A DNA stretch of 64,000 nucleotides from Malacoraja senta. Its lineage: Eukaryota. A program made the position numbers and the translations under genes. The stretch is taken from positions 24,492,001 to 24,556,000 of the forward strand of contig CM075989.1 of assembly GCA_038087875.1 (NCBI GenBank), written 5' to 3'. Below the pieces are notes generated by a model that made no database searches, was not told where the DNA came from, and saw nothing but the letters and a program-made list of their open reading frames with translations. How positions within the stretch are numbered: the first letter of the stretch is position 1; the number at the start of each line of letters is the position of its first letter. This document shows, one piece after another, positions 27,031-40,450 of the stretch.

Positions 27031-27166
27031 TCTTCTTGCGTGTGGCGTGCACAGCCTAAAGTTGTAGGACAACTTGTTCTATTTGATCTTACTTGATTGT
27101 GCACGCCAGGTTGATTGCATTCGTCGAAACAGGGCGGACCACGTGAAGGTTGCAATCTCCCACCCC
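27031..27166 (-). mobile_element. Short non-autonomous retroelement with a ribozyme head, a 3' stem-loop and an AAGAAGA tail; likely Vingi/Ingi-dependent
   Basis: Flanked by the direct repeat gagaaaggYgg (27019-27029 and 27167-27177). The 3' half has the stem TGGCGTGCACA/TGTGCACGCCA. It ends CACACGCAAGAAGA. No Pol III A/B boxes are apparent. Confidence 0.8.
27113..27166 (-). ncRNA. Minimal HDV/CPEB3-like self-cleaving ribozyme (54 nt)
   Basis: The minus strand reads GGGGUGG-GA-GAUUGCA-ACC-UUCACGU-GGU-CCGCCCU-GUUUCGA-CGAA-UGCAAUC. This gives P1 (7 bp, starting with a G.U wobble), P2 (7 bp), P3 (3 bp), L3 UUCACGU, a minimal P4 and J4/2 CGAA. Confidence 0.88.
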
Positions 27167-28547
27167 GAGAAAGGTGGGTTACCCTGTGGGACAAGAACCA
27201 CCAACCAGTGGTTCTGGGACAATCAGTGGTCTGGGACACAGCTATAGGATGACTTGCACCAAAGCCTGGTGATTTTCTGACGCAGTAACTCTTGGGCTGA
27301 GGCAGCTGAAGGCATCTTGTACATTTTGATGTTTCAGACTACTTTGATTGCTATTTTTTCTGCTGGAGAAGGTTATTTCCCCTCATCCATGTCGGCTTGA
27401 GAGTGACAAACCATTTCTTTAAGGAATAAAAAGGTGCAAAGTGTACTAGAAGGAGAGGCAGAGCTGTAGTGCTGGAAATATTAAAGAAAAACAGAATTGT
27501 ACAAATTCACAATCGGGCTTTCTGCAGATGAAATATCTCCATCCACAACTGCAGTGTTAACCCAATGTGTAGGAAGGAAATGCAGATGCTGGTTTACACC
27601 GAAGATGGACACAAAATACTGGAGTAACTCAGTGGGACAGTCAGTGTGTCTGGATAGAAGGTATGAGTGACGTTTTGGGTTGAGACCTTTCTTCAGACAA
27701 GACACTTCTTCACCACAGTCTGAAGAAGGGTCTTGACCCAAAACGTCACCCATTCCCTCTATCCAGAGATGTTGCCTGTTCTGCTGAGTTACTGCAGCAC
27801 TTTATGTCTATCTGCTGTGTTAACCCATCTCTTCATTTCAGTTTTTGATGAGGGCATGGTGGGAGTTTTGAAATTACTAATATTCACTTTCTTATTTATT
27901 ACTTAGATACGGGTTTACTTTTCACAATGGGGATATGGCTACATTGCAAAGGTTTCTCAGCCCTTTTCAGTTTAAGTAATGTAACTTCATCCTTACATGG
28001 AGCACATGGGTAGGAAATGTTGAGTAAACCTCACACCATATCAGATTTAGCCTCTTCCAGTCGATTGGCAGCTGAGGCTTGTGGGTGAAACAACATTTGA
28101 CATGTGGGCTCCTTTTTAAGAGAGTTAGCAAGAGTTCAGGGACAGCATGTTCTGGTAAAAGTGAAAGGATAAGATGGGCAAGATTAAGGAATCTGGGAAG
28201 TCAACGTTTATTGAAGGTTTAAAAGAAAAGAAGTGTATGACAGGTCTGTGCCCCAACAATTAAGCGAGTCCTTTGAGAATATGAAAGGTGAAGGAGAGTA
28301 GGTAAGAAGGAAATCAGGAGTGTAAAATGAGGTGGTGACATATTCTTGGCGGGTTAGTTTAAGGGGAATCTTGACATTCTATGAGTATATTAGGAGCAAG
28401 AATGTAGCTAAAGAAAGGACTTTTAAGGCTGAATATGGCTGAATACTTCTTATTGGTTGTCACCAAGGAGAAGGACCTGGAAGAAGCTGCTCTGTAGCAC
28501 AACATTGGATTGACTAGTTCACTCTTAAGGGAGCAACTAACATTTCT

Positions 28548-28866
28548 GAGTAACTCAGCGGGTCAGGCAGCATCTCTGGAGAACATGGATAGGTGACGTT
28601 TCACAGAGTGCTGGAGTAACTCAGCGGGTCAGGCAGCATCTCTGGAGAACATGGATAGGTGACGTTTCACAGAGTGCTGGAGTAACTCAGCGGGTCAGGC
28701 AGCATCTGTGGAGAACATGGATAGGTGACGTTTCACAGAGTGCTGGAGTAACTCAGCGGGTCAGGCAGCATCTGTGGAGAACATGGATAGGTGACGTTTC
28801 ACAGAGTGCTGGAGTAACTCAGCGGGTCAGGCAGCATCTCTGGAGAACATGGATAGGTGACGTTTT
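28548..28866. repeat. 66-bp tandem array, about 5 copies, derived from part of the Penelope-like repeat
   Basis: gagtaactcagcgggtcagg recurs at 28548, 28614, 28680, 28746 and 28812. Reverse-orientation arrays lie at ~61445-61640 and ~60500-60630. Confidence 0.93.
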
Positions 28867-31179
28867 GGGTGTGGACCCTTCTTTAGACTAAAGGTGATGA
28901 CCCGAGACATCACCTATCCATGTCCTACAGAGATGGTGCCTGACCCACTGATTTACTCCAGCAAATAGACATAAAATGTTGGGGTAATTCAGCAGGACAA
29001 GCTGCATCTTTCGGGGGAAGGAATGATAACGTTTTGGGTCGAGACCTTTCTTTACTCCAGCACTGTGTTCTACAAAAGATTCCAGCCTCTGCAGCTCCTT
29101 GCATCACTCTTTGAGAAACTCTGATCTCTTTATGGGGAAAAAATCAATGGCAAGATGGACAGAATGCCGAGTCCAGACAAAAAGAGAAATATCAACAGAT
29201 GCTTAACCTCTTAATGATAGATTTCCTAGTGATTGAATAATCCTAGATTTGAAACATCTCCTTCCCTCATTTGAGTTTAAAAAAATGAAGAATGGCATCT
29301 TGTGATAAATATTATACTTTTTTGTGGGGAACGGGTTATTTTAAATTGCAAATTGACTGGATTTTGATACAGATAATGCTGTGATGATGTTGCACTTCCA
29401 TTACATAACCGCTTGCAGAAAGGCTACGTTAATTAAAAATCAATGGTTGAAAAGAGAGAAAAAATCAGAAAGCAATTTATGCCGAGCCAGCTCGACCATT
29501 TTCTGCAAACTGATTTTTATTTTGATATGACAACAGAAAGTCTTTTTACCCAAAATCTACTTGCAAGTCATAAAATTTAATTTCATGCTCTTCCCTATTT
29601 AAGACAGGATAATTATAGATAGCCTGAGAGGAAATAGTGTGTTTTGTAGTATGTCTGGAAAGAATTGATGCAGAATTTTTGATTTGTACATTGTCTGCCT
29701 TACAATGTAGTAAGTGCCTCCTCCACGGCCAGTTCTTGTGCAATATTGTATAAAATTTAGCATTTATATAATCTCTTTAATATAGGAAAATATCACAAAG
29801 CACTTAACAGCGGAACAACTGGACAAAAAATTGACAGGCAAAGAAGTGGTTAAGAAAGCTGATCATATCTCAGTCAAAAGATTGATTTTATTGAGACCAT
29901 TCAATAAGGAGAAGGAGACACTGAGGTTTAGAATGATATCCGACAGACGAGAGTGATGTCTGCTGCAGGAATGGCCGCTGTAGAGGGTGAAGATTGTAGT
30001 GGGAATCGGGGTCAGGATTACAGGTTACATTTCTCACAGATGACCAAAGGAGATTTTGAAACATTTAGAGTCATAGAGAGTGAGAGAGTCGTAGAGAGTC
30101 ATATGCCCATCTACACTAGTCCCACTAGTTGGCGCATATCCCTCTAAACCTATCCTATCCATGTATGTACCTGTTCAAATATCTTTGAGACGTTGTGATA
30201 GTACCTGCCGCAATTACCTCCTCCCAGCAGCTCCTTTCACATACCTGCCACCCTTTGTGTAAAAAAAGGTTGCTGCCCCAGTTCCTATTAAATCTTTCCC
30301 CCCTCACCTTAAATCAATTTGATGTGAATTTCTAAACAAAGATGACGAAGACATTGTGTGCAATAAGGTATGGTGAGGAGAGTTTTTGATGAGTTGAAGA
30401 AAGTTGGGAAATGAAAGTGGAAGACCATCTGGCAGAGCATTAGTTCATAAGTTCAAAGGTTATTGGAGTAGAATGAGGCCATTCAGTCCATCATGTCTAC
30501 TCCGCCATTCAATCATGGCTGATGTATCTACTAGAACTGTCGTGTGTGAAGATAACACAGACAAATATCAGCAAATGAGTTGGGGGAGGAAGGATCTGGT
30601 AATGGAAATAGGTGAGGTTGGGATGGAAAGAGTGAGTATCCTCCAGTCTGGTGGAAACTAGGGAGGAGGATGAGGTGACAATCTCAGCAGGTTGAGAAGT
30701 ATCTATGGGCAGGGGGTGAATTATGTAGTGAAGGGATGGAATGATAGATGTGGTGTCATCTATCACTCAGTGAGTGCTGGACCTGTAATAGGTCTCCATA
30801 ATTTGAAGGATCGATTAGGAAGTACTTGCCACAGTCAGTATGAGTTGGTCCATGGAATGAATTTACTGAGGCGAGGGGTTAGGGGGCATGAAAGAATCTT
30901 GAGGGATCTCCAATGATGATGGTGCAAGAATTGAATCATTGCATGTTTGTCAAATCTTTCCAGTGTCTGGACTATCGGAACCAATTTGATTTTGGAATAA
31001 CGGCATCTCAGATCATCCTATAAAGTGATGCTTTTTGGAACATCTGGATAAGGGACTGTATCAATGAATGGCAGTGTCATTATTGAGCAATGAGGGTCGT
31101 GCCAGCAACCTTGGACACTGCTTTGTGCTACTGGCTTGGAAATCAGGAAAAAGGAAAACATTTTTATGTGTGTCACAAC

Positions 31180-31500
31180 ATCAATTTCAAAGCAATTTAC
31201 AGCCATTGAAGTACTTTTGAAGAGTCATCATTTTTGTCTTCTGGGTAATGCAGCAGCCAACTTGAGGACAAACAGAAATAAAAAATAGCCACGTAATTTG
31301 TTTTGATGTTATCTGAGGAATAGCTAGTGACAGGTGATTGGCGTAACTCCCATGCTTCCCCAAAGTAACGCCGTAGCGGGCAAACACTGGTTGAACGTTT
31401 CATCTGAAAGATGACACCTCCAGCAGTGTTGCACCAGAGAACCTGCTTGGACCATACGTTCAGTGAGACGTGAGCCCCCCCAACTTTATGATCAGAGATA
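31180..31500 (-). mobile_element. Ancient Deu-domain SINE-like relic
   Basis: ggttgaacgtttcatctgaaagatgacacctccagcagtg resembles the reverse complement of the DeuSINE core, recognised from memory. Confidence 0.4.
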
Positions 31501-33760
31501 ATTCAAATAAGTTAGTGGTCAATTTGTCATTAAGGAATGTACCAAGCGAGAAGTGTGTTTGCAGTTAATCTGCATGACAATAGCTTGCACATTAACGAGT
31601 GAAACATTGTGCATCTTTTCATCATCTCCAGATTTGGAGGTTTGCTACGCAATAATATAAACGGAAGCAGTAAAATTTAAAAATAGTTTGTGTATAGATA
31701 TGACGCTGTGATAAAGAGCTTTAGGCTCCAAGAGATGAGAAATCATTAAAAGAAACAGAGTAGTGTGAGGGAAGAAACTGTCAAACACAAGAGTAAAAAA
31801 TTGCACTTAGTATTATTTGTAAAACAGCCAGCACTTGGTGGTTTGAATAAATATTTCTTAGCTTATATCACCACCAATACAGGATGATGCTGAGTTTAGA
31901 AAAATGCATTACTTGCCTTTCTCCCACTTGTGGTTTCATACAAATGTAATTCTTTGCAGTTAAATTGCTTATTATATCAGACGCTGAGACATATGGTCCA
32001 CAGTTCTGTCCAGAACCCTGCTTCATGAATGCCCTGACTATTCAATTTACACAAGATGTTCTTGGAGCAGAAATTAAACCAGATTCCTTTTACCTTTTAA
32101 TTCAAGGCAAATTTAAATCTCTTGTGTGGAAATGGGCATTTATGCACAGTCAGCAACCAAGCATCATCTACATTAATTCCATTTCTTTTCTTTGAGCATT
32201 CTCATCAATCCCCCCCCCCCACCCCCCCACCCCAACCAATTCCTCTGCCACCTATGTACTCATAAACCTAGCGTGGCTTCAGCATGTGGGATGGAATTGG
32301 AACACCCAGGGAAACCCACAACAGTCATCGTATGAACATGCAAACTCCGCACAGACAGCTGGAGTTGTGGAGAGGCAGCATCAACTGTTGACCCTCCCTA
32401 CCACTCTTCTTGCTTTGGGTGATACAGTGGCACGGCTGGCAGTGGCATGGGTGCCTCCATATCACCAATGTCCTAGGTTCATCCTGACCTTGGGTGCTGT
32501 CTGAGTGGCACTTGTACATTGTCAGTGTTGGTCTCCTGCCAGTGCTCTAGTTTTCTCCAACATTAGAGAGATTAGAGATTAGAGATTAGAGATTCCTTTA
32601 TTTGTCATCCTGAAGATGTTCCAGTTAGTAGGTGAATTACACCTCGTGTGAAGGTAATTGTGGAATGTAGGGAGATGTGGGTGGGAATATGAGGAAAGTA
32701 ACAAATGTGTTTAATGTGGGATGCTTTGGACTCTGGGCTGGAATATCATTGCCTAAAATTAATTGGTTTAAAAGTTTTACCTCTGCATTCCCTGGACCGG
32801 CTTCATTCCACTTTTGATGTCACCATGCCAGTGTTATCCATGTCCCATGAACATTTACAATTCAACCTTATATTTGGAATGTGTGCCACATGTAAGCAGA
32901 CTGGGTGAGAATATCCAGTGGAGAGCATTACTAGGTTAGTGGAACTTGGAGCAGTTGGTCACGACCATTTATCAATAAGTAATTAAATGAACAGGTTCCA
33001 GTTTGGGATTTGAAGTAATTCATTGCATGCATAACCCAATTTGTTGATGAATAATTTAACAGACAGAAGTATGACATCTGTTGACCATTTTGTTGTGTTT
33101 TAACAATAGGCACAGAGTGATTTAATTTATAATAATTCAGGTTAATAAGTTTAACAATATTTGAAGTCGGAAGAATGGTCCCGACCCAAAATGTCACCTA
33201 TCCATTTTTTCCAGAATTGTTGCCTGACCCACTGAGTTACTCCAGCATTTTGTGTCTATCGAAGGTTAACAGAATTTGTTCTCATTTAATTAAGCTCAGC
33301 ATATTGTTGTCAAATGACCATCCAGTGACAAAGAACAGGCCATGTTCCTGAAGACCTGATGAGTTTTGCAGGTTGCTGTACAAAACACACTAAAGCAGTA
33401 ATCTGTGGATCTGTGGATCGTGAAGACTGCAACTGCCTAACCCACTGAGTTACTCCAGCATTTTGTGTCTTTCTTGGGTAGACCAGCATCTGCAGTTCCT
33501 TGTTATTACAAGAAAATATTAGGCCATTGTAGCTGTAGCCGGCCATTCTAGCTGGATATGACGTTCAATATGATCACAGCCGATCTATGCTGGCCCCAAC
33601 GTTCTCTGTCTATGCCAGTTCCCCATATGCCCAAATTCTTTAATCTTTCAAATATGTATTTATCTCCACCTTAAATGTAAGTAATGATCCACCATTCTCC
33701 GGGGCAAAGGATTCCAGAGATTCACTACCCCCTGAGAGAAGAAATGGATGAAGAAATAGT

Positions 33761-33854
33761 CTGAAGAAGGGTTTCGACCCGAAAGGTTGCCTATTTCCTT
33801 CGCTCCATAGATGCTGCCGCACCCGCTGAGTTTCTCCAGCATTTTTGTCTACCT
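33761..33854 (+). mobile_element. Single copy of the Penelope-like repeat with a clear target-site duplication
   Basis: Flanked by tggatgaagaaatagt at 33745-33760 and 33855-33870. Other copies have 12-15 bp duplications, e.g. tttgtccaagcttc at 20781 and 20887. Confidence 0.75.
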
Positions 33855-34944
33855 TGGATGAAGAAATAGTTGTTTAGTCAGAGTTCAGAGCTTGCACCGT
33901 ACAGGATGATGCAGACACCGCACTGGATGCAGATGCTAAACTTATTGCAAGTACCAATGTTGCTGGAGCTGATTTAGAACCTTTTGCAATAATGTTGCCA
34001 TGTACAATTTATCATGATAAGTCCAAATGAAGGAAGGAATGCTGAAAGTTAATAAGATGAGCTTAAATCAAATAAGCCAGGGACATTATGATTGCATATA
34101 CCTTGCTGAGACAAGGCCTTCCACATTAAACTGGGATTATTCATAGAATCTTGTACAATTGAACCATTGCTGTTTGTGCATGACATTCAAAGTGAGAAAA
34201 AGAATATCAATGAGTTTATAAAATATATTTTTAATGAAAATCAAGATTGACTTTTAAATAAATCTTAAGTTTCCTTTGCCAAAAATATTTAATCAGAACA
34301 TAGTATTCATTGCAATGGAAACTTGCCTTTGTTCAAGATTGCAGCACCTGCAGTTTAGAGTTTGGAGATGCAGCTTGGAAACTGGCCTTCAAGTGGTGTG
34401 GTCAGGAGAAATGGGGTAGGGGGTAATTAGGAGGTTGCAAAGGATGCCTGTGGAGTCCTGGAAGGATGCTGGTTTAAACTGAGGATAGACACAAAAAGCT
34501 GAAGTAACTCAGCAGGACAGGTAGCATCCCTGGAGAGAAGGAATGGGTGACGTTTTGGGTCGAGACCCTTCCTTCCGTCATGGGAAAGGGAAACCCTTCT
34601 TCCCTTTCTTGTGACTTTCAGTCTGAAGAAGGGTCTCGATCCGACACGTCACCAGAGATGCTGCCTGTCCCGCTGAGTTACTCCAGATTTTTGTGTCTAT
34701 CCTTGAAGGATGGAGTTGAGGGTTGATGATAATATGTTGAGGCTTGGAACAAGGCATCTTGTTCATTTCATGAAATCAATGTTTATTTTAAGCCAGTTAT
34801 AGGTCAATGTAAATGTATTTCTCTCTTTGATTTTCTCTCGCACCTTTTGCTATCATTCAATTACAACTAATGTTCTTCCTGTCGTCTGAGTTGTTCCCTT
34901 TACAGATGGTTTTTGAGAATCTTTCCCTCCTCAAGATATTAGGG

Positions 34945-35143
34945 CCGGGGTTCCCAACCTTTTTCCACCCGTTTACCCCTGGCAACTTTAATAGCACATA
35001 ACAATGTTATTTCACTTATTTAAGAGCAACTAATGATACCAGAACCAAACACAGTCAGTCAATGAGAACAAATATGTACAAATCCACAATCAACAAATTT
35101 ACCCCCTGGGTAGGCAAAATTTACCCCAGAGTGGGAACCCTTG
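34945..35143. mobile_element. hAT-like MITE
   Basis: Termini ccggggttccca / tgggaacccttg resemble hAT CAGGGG ends. The TSD is only partly preserved. Confidence 0.5.
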
Positions 35144-38100
35144 TATTTCAGGTGATTCTTGTGCTTTTTACTTCTCCTTTCAATTGTCCATTAGAAAATA
35201 TTAACAGAGCATTTTATGTTTAGGTTTTTGTGTTTTGCAAAAGATTGAAGGAAATTAATTACCTTACCAATAATTATGATATGAAATTTGAACATGCCAT
35301 ATTTATTATGTTTGTTTAACTGGGTTAATAAAGACATTATAAAACTGCACAGAGGAATTTCATTTGAATGTGGTAATATAAATGTTGCTGGAAGTAATTT
35401 CAGCCTTTAAATGCATGAAGGGTTTTCTTAATTACAATAGAATTAATTCTTTCCCTCTGCTGAAATCTTTCTACTATACTCTTCTTTACTAAAGAATAGG
35501 AACAGTGCGGAAAAGATAAATAACTGAACTAATTATTTTTTGTTGTGGAGGGGGAGCCGGCTTTTCCCAAAGGACAGTGGAGATAACATTGAATGACAGT
35601 CCATGTCAACTGCAGTGTCGTCAGAATTGTTTGGATTTCTTGAAGTGGGTGAAGGTGGACATGAGGAGGAATTTCTTTAGCCGCAGGGTGGTGAATCTGT
35701 GGAATTCTTTGCCAAGGATGGTGGTGGAGACCATACTTGGGTATTAAAGTGGAGATTAACAGGTTCATCATTAGTAAGGGCGTCAAAGGTTACGGGGAAA
35801 AGGCAGGAGAATGGGGTTGAGAGGAAAAATCTATCAACCACGATTGATTGGCAGATAGACACAAAATGCTAGAGTAACTCAGTGGGACAGGCAGCATCTC
35901 TGGAGGGAAGGAATGGGTGACCTTTCGGGTCGAGACCCTTCTTCAGAATGACATTGAATGGCAGAGTAGACTTGATGGACTGAATGGCCTAATTCTGCTC
36001 TTTATGTTTTATGGTTTTATAAAATCATGAGGGAGATAGGGTGAGTGCACAGAGTGTTTTACCCTGAGTTGGGGCATCAGAACCAGAGGACATAGGTTTA
36101 AGGCAAGATGAGAAAAAATCAATCGGAATGTGAGGGGCAACTTTTTCACACAGAGCATGGTGGGTGCATGGAATGAGCTGCTAAAGGAGGTCTTTTAGAC
36201 AGACACTATAACAACATTGGAAAGAAATCTAGACATGTACATGTATAGGAAAGGTTTAGAGGTCTATGTGCCCAATACAAGCAGGTGGGACTATTGTAGA
36301 TGGGGCATCTTGGTCGACGTGAATAAGTGGGGCCAATGGGCCAGCTTCATGCTGTATGTCTCTCTGACTCCATGTCCATGTCGATGACCAGCTCTTTGCT
36401 GACTTAAGGAATAGGTTGTTGTCTTGACACCATCATACTAGGCTTTCTGAATGGAGTGAGTCGAATGCAGCTATGATCAGAAAAATCAGAATTAAAGTTT
36501 CAGGTTATTAAAACTGGAAAAATTAGAAATGGAAGATGTATAACATTGTAGGTAAACAATGAAGGGCTGGAGAGAACAAAAGGAAAGGTGTGTGATTGAG
36601 TGAGATATTGAATGATGAGATATTGAATGACATAACTAGTGGAGGTAACAGTACTGACTGAATGTGGTGGGAGAGGCTGGAGATAAACAAGGGAAACAGA
36701 ATGCCCAGTATAGGGATGAATGGGAGGATGCTCATGGTGAATGAGTTATTGATTTGCCACAAGCTCACCCTATTTTGTCAAACAGTGATGTGTACTTGAA
36801 TATAGGTTAATACACAACAGCTTGCATTTATTTAGCATGTTTAACCTTGTTACATGTTTCAGGGCCCTGAAGCGATCAATTTGCCCACAGTATTTGACAG
36901 ACTTTCAAAAGAGAGCTTGGTCAAAACAGTCAAACTTTAAAGAGTTTCTTAAAGTGCATAAGTTTATAAGTGATAGGAGCAGAATTAGGCCATTTGGCCC
37001 ATCAAGTCTACTCCACCATTCAATCATGGCTGATCTATCTTTCCTTCAACCCCATTCTCCTGTCTTCTCCTCATAACCTCTGACACCTGTACCAATCTAT
37101 CTATCTCTGCCTTAAAAATATCCATTGACTTGGCCTCCACAGCCTTCTGTGGTTGTTATGTTTAAGGAGGAACATAATGCTGTGGGGGTTTATAGAGGGA
37201 ATTCCAATGTGCAGCTGCCATTAGTGGATCATTGAAATGTAGTCACTAAACAATGAAGGTGGTGCAGGTATCTTCCAGAGCTGGGTGGCTGGAACAGATT
37301 GCATGGGTAGGAGGAAGTCCTTCAGCAAACCCACTGATTATGGATGAACAGTACTGGATGTGATGTAGGTAGCAGCATTTTGAATTATATCAAGTGTGAG
37401 AAGCCTCATAATATTTTAACTGTGAACCTTTTAATTTAACGGTATTCAAAAGGGTGATGAGAAAACATTGCAGTCGACCCCGATTCCTAGTCTTGGCAAT
37501 AAGCCTTCTTTAACTGGATGGGGATGCAATATGAAACCCTGGTTTATTGTACACTGGCCATCTTTTGTTTACAGCCCATGACTTCTCTGGGCAATGTTAC
37601 TCAGAAGTCAGGACAAATTGTAAGAGTATTGGGCTTTCTGGGACGAGTGGGTCTGCAGTGCAGGAACGTCTGGGAGGGGGCCACTTGGCAGGATGGGGGC
37701 ACTGGGATGTTGTACTTTTCAGTGAGCCCCGGCTGATTTTACTGCCCAGATTCTAAAGCGACAGTGAACGTTCTTATCCAATTTGTTCTATATTTCCGAC
37801 TGGCTGGAATAGAATCCACTAATTCCAGTTTATTGGAGTTGTGGAGTTGTGTTCTTAAAGGCAAGAATTATAGATGCTTGACATTGTACCTTCTTCATTT
37901 ATAATTTGATAAATGGCCATGTAAGCCAATATTACCTAGTGCACAATTGCAGAACAGACCAAAATTAACATGACTTGCAATTCTGTGGATCAGGTTTTTC
38001 TTTTCTTTTCACTTATTTTACCCAGTGCACTCAACATGTTTCACCATATTTTAGTTCATTTTGTTAATTGTTGAACTTTTTGCTGAAGATTGAGTCTAAA

Positions 38101-40236
38101 TTCCAAATTGCTGGAAAAGTGAAGTGTAATTGATTATCAGTTTTTTATTGTAGCTGTGCTATTTCAGATCCGTGTCGTCCCGGTTTCATTATCGGTAGCC
38201 AAGATTCTTCATCTGCTTGAAGCATAAGAGACTAGAGAACCAGGAAGTCGGACATGGTTGTGTTTTATTTTGAAGCCTTTTGCAAAGGAAAGTGAATTTA
38301 TGCATGCATCTCCTCCATCCTGGAGTGTCAAGCCATGTTTATTGTGGCTTCAGGTTACTGATCCAGTGGATGGTCAAGGTCACATTGAGCTGGAAACATA
38401 AAGCTTGCATAAAGAAGTGCCATTAGCAAAGCTAGCGAAGGAATAGAACCTGTGTATAATTATTGATCAATTCATTGAGTGTTTCCAGTTAATGTAAAGC
38501 CCTTTTTATTGATGCTAAGGAGACATTGATGCACTTGGACTGCAAGTCAAATGAGGTTGCCCTGACCTTGTAACTGTTGAGGTGAACTGGCCGATTATGC
38601 AGTGTCCAGCACAGCATTAATCTCAACACTTACTCATTACCACCCCCATCCGCCAAAGAATTCCCGTCATTCCCTATCATTTAGTTCTTGATTCCTTCTT
38701 GGGATGTTGTTGGGACTCTGAAGTAGCTAACTTGTTGACTTCATGTTCAATTTATTCTCACATGTACCAAGGTTCAGTGGAATTCTATTTTGGCGCCAAG
38801 TCCAAGCTGCAGCTGGCTATAAAAGCCCATCCAGATAGTCAAGCGATCCGTTGTCCCTCTCCTCACTCGCCCACGATATTTGGCATCTCTGACTTTCTTG
38901 CTTTCTTCCATGATTTTGGAACAGTGGAGACTATTTGTTTGAGATTATTGCTGCTCATGTAAGTTAACCTGATGGGGACTGAGTTTAAACTGTGAAAACT
39001 CAGAAGTTTGTATAGCTCATCTGCTCATCATGGCTTGCAATCATTGAACCATTGGGAGAGCTAAGAAGGATATTTGCTTAACTTCATTACTTGTACAGAA
39101 ATGTAGTTGGATTGGTGATGACACCCAAACTGGAGGAGTTACAGACAGTGGGTAATGCTATCTGAGGGATATTGACCAGCTGTAGAAATGGATGGAGAAA
39201 TGGCAGATGGAGGTTAACCCAAAAGAAAATGGCAGAGATAGGTAGGGTAAGGGAGAGATAGAGATAGGGTAGACAGTCAGAACCATTTCCCCTGGGTGGA
39301 AATGTCCAACACCAGAGGTCATTGCTAAAAGGTGAGGAGGAAAGTTTAATGGTGATGTGCGGGGCAAGGGTTTTACACAGAGAGTGGTGGTAGCCTGGAA
39401 CACACCGCCAGGCATGGTGGTAGAGATACAGGAAAATTAGATCAGTTTAACTTGACATCATGTTCAGCACTAACATTGTGGCCGAAGGGGCCCGTTACTG
39501 TACCGTGTGGTTCTATATTCAAAAGCACTTTGGAATATAGAAATGGGGACAGAAAAGAGCAACGGATGATTCTGCTGCAAAGATGTGATGAAAGGCTTGA
39601 TTTTTTTGACAAAGAAAAGTAATTGTTGAAGAAAGTTAGTTGCTGTGTTGAGTTGATTTATACTTACAGATACCTCTCTACCAAGACTACGGGTTTTTTT
39701 GTTGTACATGTTAAAAAGTAATAACTGAATTGGATTTAAGGAAAGAGTATCTGATATTGGGGGGTTTTAAGTAGTACATAAATGTTTGAAAAGGAACAGA
39801 ATTGAAATCGGAAGTGATTCATGTATTAACGTTAATCAAGCACTCCATGGGAAAGATTATTCCAGCTTGCAGGAGTACATGACGGAATGATTGAATATAG
39901 GATCAGTACTATTATTCTATATATTAAAGCTCACCTTCCATTTGGGGGAATAATGACTGGTCTGCATTTAATCGCGTTTCCATAAATATTGATATGTTTT
40001 CCCTAAGAAAAAAAGTACTGTGCCCAATCTTCAATATTTTAATTGAACACTCGGTCATTTGTGGTCACAGGGTCCCAATTTCCATTAGCTTTTTTGTTTC
40101 TTGATTTCATACCTAAATAACTTAGGTTAACAATTTTGGAAACACTCAGCAGGTCAGGCAGCGTAAGTGGAAAGGGAATTATAATTAGTATTTCATGTCT
40201 AAGACCCTTTGTCAGAACAGTAAGAAGGAACAATAA

Positions 40237-40450
40237 AAGGCCTGTCCCACTTGGGCATCATTTGCGCGTCATTTACGCGACATCCTAAAAATTGGTTGGC
40301 ACATGGTGACGCGCGCATGGCGCGTGGTGAGGTGTGGTGGTGTATGCAGTGACGTGCGGTAGAGCGCGGCGCCCCAGGATTTGGGGATGCTCAAAATCCT
40401 TGCGCGCCACCTGCGTGACGCGCAAATGACGCCCAAGTGAGACAGGCCCT
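40237..40450. mobile_element. PIF/Harbinger-type MITE
   Basis: TIRs aaggcctgtcccacttgggc / gcccaagtgagacaggccct, a TAA duplication and a palindromic CpG-rich interior. Confidence 0.85.

Noticed and set aside
28548..28866. CRISPR-like periodic array
   Set aside because: Units are contiguous and near-identical with no unique spacers, the context is eukaryotic, and the unit derives from a dispersed repeat.
33350..33400. CTGATGA followed by a GTTTTG/CAAAAC stem (possible hammerhead)
   Set aside because: No GAAA after the stem and no stem III.
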